A DNA stretch of 62,962 bases, the filler included, from Trichosphaerium sp. ATCC 40318 (taxonomy: Eukaryota; Protista; Tubulinea), in NCBI GenBank assembly GCA_038496445.1. It is 3 parts of 3 records of this genome, joined end to end, with 100 filler letters (N's around TTAATTAATTAA, not from the genome) between each part and the next. Parts side by side here need not be neighbours in the genome. Positions count along the whole stretch, not along the records: positions 29,811 to 50,439 come from JALMLS010000533.1; positions 50,540 to 62,962 come from JALMLS010000547.1; 1 more part is not named here. One strand, 5' to 3'. A program made the translations under genes and the position numbers. This document shows positions 50,141 to 62,643 of the stretch, piece by piece. Within the stretch, counting starts at the first letter, position 1; each line of letters starts with the position of its first letter. Under the pieces are notes generated by a model. It was not told the origin of the DNA and made no database searches. It was given only the letters and a program-made list of their open reading frames with translations.

Positions 50141-50439
50141 ATGACAACATCTTTATTGAATAAGAAGCAATTTAGTAAGTTCACCATCAATGAGCTTACA
50201 GAGATTGCATCTGAGTGTAATCTTACAGTTACGGAGGGTGTGCGCAAGACAACGCTGGTTGATATCGTTTTTAACGCTTGTAACAGTACAGATAAGGCAT
50301 GGTTCGCTTGTTTTATTTTGAAGTAACTCTGATAGGATTCAAAGCTGACTGGGAATATGCCTTAAACTTCGAAACAATTGCACAAGTTCACTATCAATGA
50401 GCTCACTACAATGGCTGATCAATGTGATGTTGTTGTTAC
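50141..50439 (+). CDS. Protein with tandem Rho-N/HeH-like helical repeats, truncated by the gap
   Basis: Repeat 1 KQFSKFTINELTEIASECNLTVTEGVRKTTLVDIV. Repeat 2 KQLHKFTINELTTMADQCDVVVT. Confidence 0.5.
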
Positions 50440-50539
50440 NNNNNNNNNNNNNNNNNNNNNNNNNNNNNNNNNNNNNNNNNNNNTTAATTAATTAANNNNN
50501 NNNNNNNNNNNNNNNNNNNNNNNNNNNNNNNNNNNNNNN
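50440..50539. other. Artificial contig spacer (N-run with TTAATTAATTAA)
   Basis: Same linker as at 29711-29810. Confidence 0.95.
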
Positions 50540-53500
50540 CACCTAAAAACGCAAGTACATTTATATCACCTGATATAACAATTGGTATAGCTAATGCGAT
50601 CCCAGTTATTGCTTCTCCAGTGATTACACCGCACAAAAGAGGACACCCCTACCAGAAAAGAAAGATTAACATTTGAAGTGCAAAAATTGAAGTTTTTGGT
50701 CATCAGTTTTCCAGATGTTGGTTGACAACAAGGTGTCACTATTCATATTTTTGGTGTTTGATTTCAAAAGCTAAATAAACGAAGAACTTACTGTTGCATA
50801 GTCTCTTTCTCATCTTGTTTTGGCTTAAACTTTCTTAAAACTTTCTTACACAAGAACTCAACACAACCACCAAAAAATACACCATTGTAACGTTAATAGG
50901 AAGATACAATCCAATAGCAATAGCCTAAGTAAATGAGGTGTAAGAATAAAAAACAATGAAAAGGATTACAAGCTGTTAGTGCTTTTTTGTGCAAAGAGCT
51001 TACTAGTACTGAAATCTTGCTTTTAAACCCAAAAACTTTCCTCGAAATTATATCAATTACAATGAATTCAGCTGCAATCAAAGCGCCAATACCTAGAGAC
51101 AACCAGTATCAGATAGCGTTCAAGTGAGAAATAACAGTTAACTGTTTTTTCCAAAACAAAGGAATTTACCAACCGTCATATAAGGAATGCCGCCAAAGAA
51201 CATTGCTCTCGAAACAGCTGCCATTAGAACTGCTTGAGGCGCTGGTAATGGGTTGGGCTTATCCAGAGATGGCTCTCCAATACCCTACAAACATCAATTA
51301 AAGTCGAAAAAAATACCACTTCAGGATTCATTGCCAGCTTTGTTTCTGTTGCTCAATGGCTCAATGATTCACGTGATCCAAAATCATAATTTTTATAAAT
51401 TGATTCGTGAATACTTACATATGCCTCAATCAATACTGAAAGAACAGGCGCTATTATAAAGCTAGGTACAACAATCCCAATGAGTTGCATTATTTGTTGC
51501 TTTAAAGGTGTTGCTCCAATACAATGCCCAGTCTTCAAATCTTGCATATTATCACCTGCTAGAGCGCCAGCAACACATGCAACAGAACCAGCCTAAACAA
51601 TGCCTCAGTCTTGAAATGAACACATAGAGAAAAATAAGAGAAATACAAGTATTGCTGCTTGTGGTCCAAGGTCGTTCTGAGTACCAAGAAAAGCCAGTAG
51701 TATTAGGCTAGTAGTGAGTATCGTTATCAAAGCAACCTAATTTAGAGTTAGTGTATCAAAGTTATCTGTATAACAAACGTTACAATACTACAAGAAAAAA
51801 AAAACAAACAAAAAAGCACGTTTCAAAATGGAAAAGACGGATTTTGCAAAGTGTGTTTTTTCCTTGTGACGTACTCCTGACATTGGATTGTTGCTACTTC
51901 CAACAATACCCGCCATATACGCTCCAACTAGTATTGGAATAGGTAAGTTGATTTCAGCGACACCAAGGGTTATAGTTCTTACTTGCAGCAAAGATGAAAC
52001 CGCCAAGAAGTAGAAAGATTGAAACAGTTATTGCAATGTACCACTTATGTAAGAACACTAAGTACAATACAAACAATGGTATCCAACATAACACTAATCC
52101 GCCAAAAACGAAAGGTATTGGTATATCCCTAAGACAGCATAAGAATGAGAACGAACAACAAAAAAAAATTGTCATCACGATGTTGGCTGCATTTTAAATA
52201 AAGATTTTTACAATGTCATATTAAGGTGTACCTGTCTTTTCTTCTAATGACATTTATCTTCTTTCTGAAGACGAGCAAAAATGATATAACTGCTGATTTG
52301 ATACCTTTGTAAATACTTGTAGCTATCTCCAAAATAGTACCAATGCCGCCTATACGAATGGTGAGTTTGATGCAACGTTTCTTTTCATAGTAAAGGTTGT
52401 GTTACATACCTAAGAACATTGCACCAACTCCAAGGTATCTTAATTTACTATTCCATAAAGAATTTATATTTTCTATGGCACTCAACTTGTTATCCTTGCC
52501 ATACATTATTAAACCAACAGGAATAGCAACATAAAACTGGATGAAAGCTACCAATACATCAGTACAATAACACTTGATATAATGTGGATACAAGTGAATT
52601 CACCTTCAAAAACGAGTAGAGATTCAGAGCAAAACAAATCTGCAAGCACCACATGTGTGCGACAAAAACTGTAGGTTGAAAAAAGATACACTTACCACCG
52701 ATAATAAGCAAAGAGCTCGCCCATACGCCAACAATGTAACCGATAGCTAATAACGCAGGTGAAGTGTTCAATGAAAAATATAAGACCCAAGATCCAACAA
52801 AAGTTGCGCCTTCCACAGTGTTTCCCAAAGTCTAAATCCTGATTCACATAGTTTAGCCTTGACACGAATTAGAAAAACGATTTGAAGATACTCTATGACT
52901 TACAAGGCATCCAAGAACTGCACCAAGACAAATTACTAAAATTTGTACTTTTTGATTTGTGCTTTTTTTGTAAACTTTAAGTATTTCAGCAGTTGCTAGA
53001 CCTTCAGGATATCTAAGAGGATCTTCAACTATTAGAGCTCTCCTAAGTGGTATCGAGTAACATATACCAATCAATCCACCTTGAGTACAAACTTCAGAAC
53101 AAGTACAATAGGCAAAGCCGAAAAACCTTGGAAGGAAGTTTTTTTGTACCTAATAAAGCAACTACTGCAGTTTGCCAGTATACAATCGTGCTCCAAGAAT
53201 TAGCTAAAATTAGCGCAGGTAGAGTATATATAATTCCAGCGGAAATAGTCGCTCCAGCCGATGAACCTATTTAGGTCTTTTTTGGTATCAATCTTTACTT
53301 TTTTTTTTGATAGATTACCTGTTTGAATAGCGTTTATCTCATGTATTCCGGCGTGAAACGGCCTAAAAATTTCGTTAAAGTCACGTGACTAAATAACAAA
53401 AAAAATGGTATCTACTTTTCCATATAAAGGATAATGCGACTCTCTAGTGTACCTTAGAACAGTCATTGCTACAATAGAAGAAGGAATGGAAACTGATATA

Positions 53501-53761
53501 GAAATACCAGCGAAGAGACCCAAATACGTATTAGCAGCACAGAACACGCCGCTTAGTAGCGTTAGAAACGTATTATATAATGAATGAAGGTTACCTAAGT
53601 ATTAGCGCCATTATTACGCCTCGTATAGTTATTTCTACAGGCTGATCGGACTTGTAATCATCGGGAACGGTCACTACCTATTTTTTGGTAACAAACTTGT
53701 GTGACATGTCATTTGCTTTGTCAAGAATGTAATTACACACCGATTGAGTACTATGCTCCAT
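50540..53761 (-). CDS. OPT-family oligopeptide transporter (prokaryote-like subtype), 3'-truncated
   Basis: Motifs EITIRGVIMA, AANTYLGLFAG..SVSIPSSIVA, SIPLRRALIVEDPLRYPEGLATAEIL, SPALLAIGYIVG, YMAGIVGSSNNPMSG, AGDNMQDLKTG and LPAPQAVLMA. Confidence 0.92.
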
Positions 53762-53909
53762 AAAGAAGGTGTTATGTCTCAATCAAATTGCGCTTATTGT
53801 TTTTATTAAGTTCGAGCGATCACGTGATAGCCGAAAGTCACTTCAAGTGGTAAGAATTTTCGATGTTTTTTTATTTTGGCTCCAGTTTAGTGCATCTTTT
53901 TTTTTCTGT

Positions 53910-54991
53910 TTAAAGCACTCTTATGCGCTTTAAAAACAGCATTGCATGCGTCGTATGATTGCCATAAAAGAAGCAGTGGAACAATAACCCACAAACCGTT
54001 AAAGAAGACCAAATAAACCCACATGAACATTGGGTTTGAACAATCGAGATTTGGGCTGTCCTATAACATTTAAAGTAAGTAAATATATTTTAATTATGTA
54101 GTCAACATACCACTAACCACTCAGGCATAAATGTCATCCTATGAAGAAGTGTTAGAAAGCCGGAAAAAAATTAAAACTTTTTTCATGATTTATTTTCAAA
54201 AAATCGCCTACCATCCGCCATAGAGCTCACAAACGCAAAGAATAATCTGAGCATAGTGACGCCAATATGTGTTTTTAATAACCTATAATATTAAAAAGGT
54301 GTTTAGAGACCCTCAGAGCGTAAAAAAAATCAACTTTTAAACAACTTACAGCGTATATCATTAACAAAGCAAGAAAGCCATCAAAAACAGCAGTGAGTCT
54401 ATGAATACCGTTTTGAAAAATAAACAAAGCGATACGCATACGATTCGATGCTGATGATGACCTACAAACAGTTTAAGTGATAATTTATGTTAGTTTGCTC
54501 GTACTGGATCCATAACGCCCCATCTGGCGTCTGCTTGTGTATATTCCTGCCCTACGCATTTTTTTTAGCGAAATAATGGTTGCGAAGATATTTAAGCAAA
54601 ACATGTCAAAACGGCGTACAAAGCAAAGCAGACCAATGGTTTGTCTTATTGACAGTGTCTCCGTATAAATTCATGTACACTAATCGACCCTCCATGAAAA
54701 TATGCGTTAGCGCGTCACAAACATACCAAAACAGTATGAGCTTGTCTAGTGACGAATCAGCGTAACAAAATCACAAACCACCAGTCTTTGTGTACCATTG
54801 CCACGCAAACGCTTCCCAAACATGTACACTACGATATACGCTATCGCCATGTACAAAAACACCTCTCCAAAGCCGAAAACAGCAGCCTGCTCTTGTTCAA
54901 GGATAGTTTTGACGCTTTAACGTTTTAACTAGTGTTACAGTGATACTGAACTGTACCTTTCCAGCGTTGATACAACCAAAGGGTGATCCAT
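53910..54991 (-). CDS. Emopamil-binding protein-like (EBP/EBPL sterol isomerase family)
   Basis: Motifs WYVCDALTHIFMEG, EYTQADARW, CELYGGW|MTFMPEW and WVYLVFFNGLWVIVPLLLLWQS. Confidence 0.88.
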
Positions 54992-55761
54992 TGTGGGTGT
55001 CAAACTTGATGATTTGTCTTTTTTACAAGGTCAACACATTTCGAATTAACAGCTTTCTTCCGTTAACCACCAACGTTTTAAAAGCCAACGGAGTGCTTAT
55101 TTCCTTTGTTCTACCAGAATTTAACAACAACTATTGTTTGATTGCTGGTAATGATCCTTTGCAACGTCATTTTTTAGAGTCAACAAAAATGTGCAAACGG
55201 ACTTTAGGATATCGCTCTATTTGTATACCAAAGTAAGGTTTATTGAACATATATCGCACTATGTCGAGCTACAGAGACAGTTTCCGTGATTGCGTAAAGT
55301 TTCTCCCAAAAAGGGTGTGAGAAGAAGTCATGAAATAGTGTCTTCTTCCTTTTCTTCTCGTTATTTCCGTAATCGTGATTCTAGCAGCCTAGTTTAAACT
55401 TTAAAATTAATGTAGTGTAGAGATTTTCCGTGGCAATTCTGTAAAACTACAAAGTTAGTGGTGAAATGCATTCTTGTTTCTCGGCTGAAAAGGTTGATAG
55501 TGTAGGCGTATTCTTGCTATCGCATGTATAGTTTCAAGTGCTATCTCTAATTACTACTGACCAACCTAATTAAACGTTTCAAACACGTGATTCTGAGTGA
55601 ATAAACCCACGCTCTCATTTCACATGAAAATATGGTTCTCATTCAACAATCCGTTTTTTGCGTCACCACTGTCTGACTTTGAGTCTACTTCTCGTGAAAT
55701 ACTGCTACGTTGCTTTATATTCATTACCCGATAGAAAGCGGGTAAAATTACTACCCAATGA

Positions 55762-56300
55762 GGAATTTCGACTCGTAAAAAGTTGAGCGTAAAAATAATA
55801 TGTTTCAGAGATTTGGTCTTTATTTGGTTTATTTTTACGCTCAAAACTTTTCACTCGTAATCGTAATTTACATGTAAATGTTGTTAGTGAACTACTGAGG
55901 CTTAAACTGTGTTTTATTAAGTTTACAAGGTTGTTAATAATGACAGTGCTGTCACAGTGATTGAAAAAAAAACCAATTGATTCACTTCTATTGATGAGAG
56001 CCTACTGAGCACTTTCTAATGACTTTAAAGTATAACGTTGCAAAAGCAGCGTTAAACAACGTTTCAATGTATCCGAAGAGCTTGTATAAGGACCAATAAC
56101 AAGTGGTGGTCTTTTTTTGTATTAATGACTGTATTGTGCAACCAATAAATAAAGTGTTTTTGAATGAGTTACGATTTACGAGTGAAAAGCATTGAGCGTA
56201 AAAAAAACGTAAAAAAACTAAACCCAAAACTGTCGTAAAACTAAGTCCATTCTTTGAAACCAGAAATTTTTACGCTCAGCTTTTTACGAGTCGAAATTCC
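55762..56300. mobile_element. MITE with ~34-bp TIRs, PIF/Harbinger-like
   Basis: The left end GGAATTTCGACTCGTAAAAAGTTGAGCGTAAAAA matches the reverse complement of the right end with one mismatch. Flanks are TGA and TTA. A second, inner inverted pair lies at about 55832-55860 and 56176-56205. Confidence 0.8.
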
Positions 56301-56420
56301 TTAATCCTTTTAGGTTAAATCTTTCATGTGAATTCAATGAAAAAGTCAAACTTCATGCTTTCGGTTTCAGTGACTTTTTACGTTCATTTCGCAAGAATGA
56401 TACAACGTCAACATCAAATC

Positions 56421-57528
56421 ATGCGTGCCCTCTTGCTATTTGTAGCGTTCGCCACAATCTCAGCTCAGTACTGGAACACGGACGCCCAATCGAACCACAT
56501 CGTAGCTAAGAGATACACCCAAAATTACTTCTCTGGAACCGGCCCTTTTACGACAGTACAATGGGACATCGAGGAAACCGATAGGTTTATCCCTCTAGAA
56601 TATATCTCGGTAAACCACGGACAATTTACCCTTTTCATAAAGCCTGGACAACGGTGGATGCTAGCCTTCGTTGACGATACTTCGAAAGAATGGCATGTTG
56701 CTGAAACCGGTGGAGCCTTCATTGGACCTTGGCCAACTCAAACGAACGATAAATACGTTTCTGGTTACTACAACAGCTGGGAGAGAAATCTCTTCTCGCT
56801 GCTAACCCAGATGGACGATATGCTACTCTAAAGGTTCAGTACCAAGGAAACAACCCTGTCACATTCGCATGGCAACAGATTCAATACGCAACAAACGGTG
56901 ACATTGGTGCTGAAGATAGACTCATCTCAGGCGATTTTGCAGCTCACAATACCAACCCTTCAGACTACGTCGTTTTGATTAAACCAAATGAATACCATGT
57001 TATGAACTATAACAGGAACACTAACAACTGGGATATTCTTTCAAGTACAACAACAGGATCAATCGGTTTTTGGCAAATATCAACAAACTCTGATGAGTAT
57101 ATTGTTGGTGCTTTCATGCAAGTCCGTAAATGTGACCTTCTCGCTTTAAATAAGAACAACAAGTGGCACCATACTATGAGATTTGATACAAACACTAACA
57201 CTTTTGTGTATGTCTTCGGTGGATACACAGGAGGCAAGATTGCGAGTTGGCCAATTAGCACACAAGATTATTATATCGGAGGTAACTTTGCTCTCTCTGG
57301 TACCGCACCAGAAGCCTCGTTGCTATGAACCCTAACGGTGCTTCTCATACTATGAGAGTAGTTAATAACCAGTGGACAATGTCAAGTAATAACGGTAATA
57401 TTGGTACAATCGGTCAATGGTATATTGGAGCTGATAATCACTTTACCAAAGTATCAGCTGGTTACACTAACCACAAATTGATTTGTTTCAGTGATATAAA
57501 CCCTTGGGCTAGTGTTTATGAATCCTAA
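56421..57528 (+). CDS. Intronless secreted Trp-rich repeat protein (FG-GAP/beta-propeller-like) with two -1 frameshifts
   Basis: Signal peptide MRALLLFVAFATISA. Repeats IGPW..DKYVSG / DRLISGDF / IGFW..DEYIVGAF / IASW..DYYIGGNF / IGQW. The frame changes near 56780 and 57315. Confidence 0.65.
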
Positions 57529-58334
57529 GTGTATGTAGAAAACAGAATAAAAATGCATTTGCGCTTTACGTAATCTTCATTTTTTCCGCCTTTTTTTTTT
57601 TTGGTGATTGCGTTGTATTTACGTTTGAGGTTTGGAAACTAGCAATGTAAACATTTGTATATTGAATTACAAGTACAAACGTTTAAACCGACAAACATAC
57701 CCATGGTAGTTAATGACACTTATTCACTTAAATAACTTCCCAAAAAACAAGTGCTATTTATTGATTGGCAGGCAGGGTTTGCTTCCTCACATCCTGTTCT
57801 TCCAATATTCGCCCATGTAATCTACCAAAGTAGTCTTTTTCAGTACGTGACATCTTCCAACTATATCATTGACCTTAGCCAACAAGTGTGTTGTACTTCC
57901 TGAGTGTTGATGGATTCTTACTCTCAACTGTCCCGTTGTCTCATACCTTAGCTATCTCCTTTGAGTTATCTTTGAAAACAAGAACTATGGTTTGCTTTGG
58001 TTATTAAACTCGTTGTGTTGCCCGTCACGTGTCCGTTTTCAAGTACAGTTCTAGATTTACCTTTACGAAGCGTATTCAACGTCTTTGATGAAACTATTAT
58101 TCTGCTATTGAGATGCGCAAAAGAAAAGTATGTTTGAGAGCTGTAAATAAAGGAAATGAAAAGCCAGCTTAATAGGCGACTTAACAAGCAACATTATTGC
58201 TACGCATAGCACAACAGACTCAAAAGAGCGAAGTTAATTACAAACGTACTGTACAATGATTTGCTATCGCTCAAGCTCATTTGGTGTTATTTAGTACCAG
58301 TAAGGGCCTAACAGTTTAATACAAGCTATACGTT

Positions 58335-59299
58335 ATGGTACATTAAACGCATCACCCAACTTAGCTTTTGTTTAAATACAATCAATGTCCAACGCCTAAA
58401 TTTTTCTTCTTTAGAGCGGTCTGTTGAAAAAAACACTACTCAAATCAGAAACACGTGATTGTTTTTGTCTATTGGATCTCCCACGTGAACTTCAAAAGTA
58501 TATTTGCACATTCAATGTCGAAGCCTTCACAAAATTCCATACACTGTCAAAGAGAGCAGCACTCAATACACATTTTGATGAACAACTGCAGCGAAAAGGA
58601 AAATGGATACAATGGTATAAAAGTGGAAAGGTACTAAAGCACGTCCATGTAAAGAAAGGACCAGGCAAAGTATGGTACGACAATGGAAACCTTAAGGTAC
58701 AATTTACAACAGTTGATGGTAAACATCATGGTGAACAAAGTGAGTGGTACGAAAACGGACAACTTGAGGCACAAAGCATGTGGGTTGATGACAAGCTTCA
58801 TGGTGAAAGCAAAGAATGGTATAAAAGTGGGCAACTTAAGAAACAAAGTATGTTTATTAATGACAAACTAAACGGCGAGAATAAAGATTGGTATGAAAGC
58901 GGCCAGCTCAATGTACAACAGTTTATGGTTAATGATAAGCTTCATGGTGAAAGAAAAACATGGTATGAAAATGGGCAGCTACAGCATCAATCTAATTGGA
59001 TTGAAGGTAAACACCATGGTGAATGTAAAGAGTGGTATGCCAATGGACAAATTATACTCCAAAGCATGTGGGTTGATGATAAGCTTCATGGTGAAAGAAA
59101 AACATGGTATAAAAATGGGCAGCTACAGCATCAATCTAATTGGATTGATGGTAAATACCATGGTGAAACTAAAAAGTGGTTCAATAATGGCCTCCAAAAA
59201 GAATACAACATGTGGAATAATGGTAGATTAATTGAAATAAAATTATGGGATGATAATGGAATACTCTTATCAAGTGCTAGTGTGCAAATGATGACATGA
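58335..59299 (+). CDS. F-box-like plus MORN2 (YwqK-type) repeat protein
   Basis: F-box-like LLDLPRELQKYIC and about ten 24-aa HGE.KEWYENGQL repeats. The likely first exon is a lone ATG (58335-58337), followed by a GT..AG intron at 58338-58414. Confidence 0.8.
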
Positions 59300-59749
59300 A
59301 CAAAGCTGGTGGAGAACCGCCTGGGCGCATCGCTTCAAATTCTGTAGGTGCTACCAAACACGTGTTAGATAATAAAAATAGGTTCATCTTTGCTTACTCG
59401 ATCAAGTTTGTTTTGCAACATACAACAAACTGGAAGCTCTTTTAACAAAGCAACAAATCACATCACATAAAAAAAAAGGCAGTTGTCAACTTGGTTACAT
59501 TTTCTTTCTTTTAAAGAGCAATACCTTCAAGAACACAAGTACTTACATAAATCTGTACCTAACCTTTCGTACATAGAAGCTTTCATCACGCAAGAACTCT
59601 CAGGTGGTTGACATTGCACAAAAAACTCCTACACAAGTTCAAGTTTATTGGTTTTACTACTCGCTGTTTGTTCTTACAGTAGTACATAATTGCTTCGTAT
59701 TAGTTCAGTGCCTAATGTAAAATTATGTTACAAGTGTAAAGCCCTAGAA

Positions 59750-60380
59750 CTAAAAATCAGGCCAAAAGCCTTCTTCATCAAACACATCTTCTGCTACTAG
59801 ATAGTCAACCATCTTCTGTGTAATTTGGGTACACCGATGATTAATACGATATAGGCTTGTTAGACTAGCAACACCACTATCTGTGATTTGAAAACAGCCT
59901 TCTAAGGATAGCTTCTTAACACCAACAAGACGATTTACACCTTTATCAGTGATGTACTTACAATCATCAAGGTTGATGATTTTAACGCCTATCAAGTAAC
60001 CAAGGCCTTTATCTGTTATTTTTGTATCCGTGAGAATAATAGTTTGGACACCTGCAAGTGATTCTAAAGTACTATCATCAACACAATCAAGCTTTGAAAT
60101 GTCAATCACTTTTACTCCTGATAACTTTTGTATTCCATCACTTGTTATAGACTTACAACGATACAAATCAATATGCTGTATACCTACTAAACAAGACAGT
60201 GTATCATCATGTAGTTGAGTGCAATTAACAAGCTCTGCACACGGTACTCCAGCCAATAGCTTCAATGTGTTGTTCGATATTTGCACACAATTGTCTAGTA
60301 CTATTTTGTTTATAGTAAGTGTTTTTTGATTGTGTGTTAATAAGTACTTAATGCCCTCATCTGATATATTCTTACAAACT
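59750..60380 (-). CDS. Leucine-rich repeat domain (FBXL/AMN1-type LRR), probably the C-terminal part of the adjacent degenerate MORN2 gene
   Basis: Repeats IDLYRCKSITSDGIQKL, INLDDCKYITDKGVNRL and LSLEGCFQITDSGVASL. The reading frame extends upstream to CKNISDEGIKYL. Intronless. Confidence 0.75.
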
Positions 60381-60419
60381 CACCATTGATATACAATGGC
60401 ATCGTAATTGCCATTCAAA

Positions 60420-61380
60420 TGCATCTTTAATATTTCCTTTAACTCACTTGATGTAGTAACATTGGACCTTTAACTTGGAATAAAAATTTTACCGTCTTTA
60501 AACCACTTCTTGTATTCTCCATGTTCTTTACCATTGAAGGCACATTGATCTTAATGCCCACTTTCATACCACTCGCTATATCTCCTTCAAACTCCCATTG
60601 ATGTAGCACAGTGGATCTTTGATTGTCCACTTTCATACCACTCTTATATTCTCCTTCATTTACCTTTGACATATGACAATGGATCTTTGATTTGCCATTT
60701 TGTACCACTCGATATTCTCCTTCAAACTCACCATTGATGTAATTAGCTTGTGCCGCAGCCTTTCATTTTCATACCACTTCTTATATTCTCCTTCAAACTC
60801 ACCATATGTAATGACATGGATCTCTAATTATTTTCAAACCACTCTTAGATTCTCCTTCTTGCTTGTCATTGATATAGTCCCAATGTCTCTGTTTTCCATT
60901 TTTATGCCATTCCTATATTCTCCTTCCTTAACCCTTGACATAAGTACCTTGGTACAGCAATTCCCCAGTTCTGTACCATCCCTTGTAGAAAGTTTCTCGC
61001 CATTAACATAATACTTTGACTCTTCAATTCACTAATTCCCTTGTTTTTTTTCTCTTGATTATATTCTTCTTGTAAAAAGATGTCATACTCTTTATACCAA
61101 TCCTTAGATTCACCTTCTTTTTTACCGTTTAGAACAATAAACTGATTCTGCAATTGTCCATTATCATACCACTCCTTATATTCAGCATCTTTTTTACCCT
61201 ATGTAATACACTATACACAATTGGCTTTCAGAGGTTTTCTTTCTCTTGTTCATTGAATCCAAAAACCACGTGCGTTATTGAAACTTGGGTAAAAGCCTTC
61301 GTCGAAGGATTAAACTGTCTTTCACTTAATCATACCACTCTTTATATTCTCCTTCTATCTCACCATCAACAAAGTGAACT
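60420..61380 (-). pseudogene. Frameshifted MORN2-repeat gene (pseudogene or error-rich consensus)
   Basis: Fragments such as EGEYKEWY.NG / NGKKEGESKDWY appear in shifting frames with many indels and stop codons. Confidence 0.65.
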
Positions 61381-61464
61381 TGCGTTTTTTGTGAAAATTC
61401 CAGAGCAGTTCTCAAGCTTTTTTTCGTTCAGAAAAAAGTCTTAACTTTGTTTGTTTTTTTCCAG

Positions 61465-62643
61465 ATCCTGAGGATGTTCAGTCGTATGATAAGAGGGAGA
61501 AAACTTTTTGGGATAAGTTTTGGGGTAGAGAAGAACCAAAAGAAAAGACTAGCTTGGTTGATAAAGATAGTGTAGCGTTAATGCGGAGTGATGCTGATGT
61601 TGTTTCTTTGGAAACAAATACACCTGTTGAAACACTTAGAAGACAACGTATACATGCTCAAGCTGAAGTTTTTGATGAAGATGCTGAGCAGTTGTTTGGA
61701 TTTTTACAGATTTTCACTGCGACTCTAGACTCATTCTCTCATGGAGCAAACGATGTACATACATTTGTTTGTAAAGTTGTTTTCGGCCTTCAAAATCTAG
61801 CCTATCAACTTCTCCTTCAAATTCTGGATGTAAACTACATATACTGAGAAATGAGTTCTTTGAGGTTATTCTTCTATTTTAAGATGTTAAAAAAAATAGC
61901 GCAAGTCATTGTGATAACGTTTTTTGAAAACTTTAATCGATTGACTGAGTTTTGTTAATGTTTTTTTAATAGGTTGCAAACTCTATTGCTCCTTTCGCTG
62001 CTATTTACGGTATTTATTTATCTGGAGAGGTTAGTGAAAAAGCTGATATTGATTGGTGGATTTTAGCTCTAGGCGGGCTTGGAATTGTAATAGGGCTAGC
62101 TTGTCTCGGCTACAAATTTATATCAGGTACAGAATTTTACGAAAAATATCTAGCACCTTTAACAACTGTTTCCTGAAATTACTGCCATGCGTTATTGCTT
62201 TTTGAAGTCATTTCTAAGCTCTTAATCGTTATGTTGCAAGGTTTTGCTTAATGGTTCTTTCGTACTAACTGTTTTGTTGTAAAAAAGCTGTTGGTGAAGA
62301 CTTGGCTAAAATTACGCCTTCTAGAGGTTTTACAATGGAAATAGGACCTAGTATTACTGTTATTGTAGCTTCAAGAATAGGCATGCCAGTCTCTACAACA
62401 CATTGTCAAGTACGTCTACCACTAAACCTCTTGTGTTTCTTACTTTATTTTTATCATCATTTTTTTTTTCTTCAGGTTGGTGCTGTTACTGCTGTTGGGT
62501 TGCTTGAAGGCGCTAGAGGTATTGATTGGAGAATTCTTGGTAAAATCTTGTTTTCTTGGATTGTGACATTGCCTGTATCAGGAGGTATTGCAGCAGCATT
62601 ATTTGCCATTATGAGCTATGCACGTCAATTCACTTCATACTAA
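61465..62643 (+). CDS. PiT/PHO4 inorganic phosphate transporter, C-terminal half only
   Basis: Motifs EQLFGFLQIFTA..SFSHGAND|VANSIAP and KITPSRGFTMEIG..GMPVSTTHCQ|VGAV..SWIVTLP. I found no N-terminal PHO4 repeat upstream. Confidence 0.88.

Noticed and set aside
53910-54991. Initially read as a steroid 5-alpha-reductase
   Set aside because: The spliced motifs (ELYGGW, MTF.PEW, FFNGLWV..P) identify the EBP/EBPL family.
58600-59220. CRISPR-like or DGR-like periodic repeats
   Set aside because: The 72-nt periodicity comes from protein-coding MORN2 repeats. There are no spacers, cas genes or reverse transcriptase.
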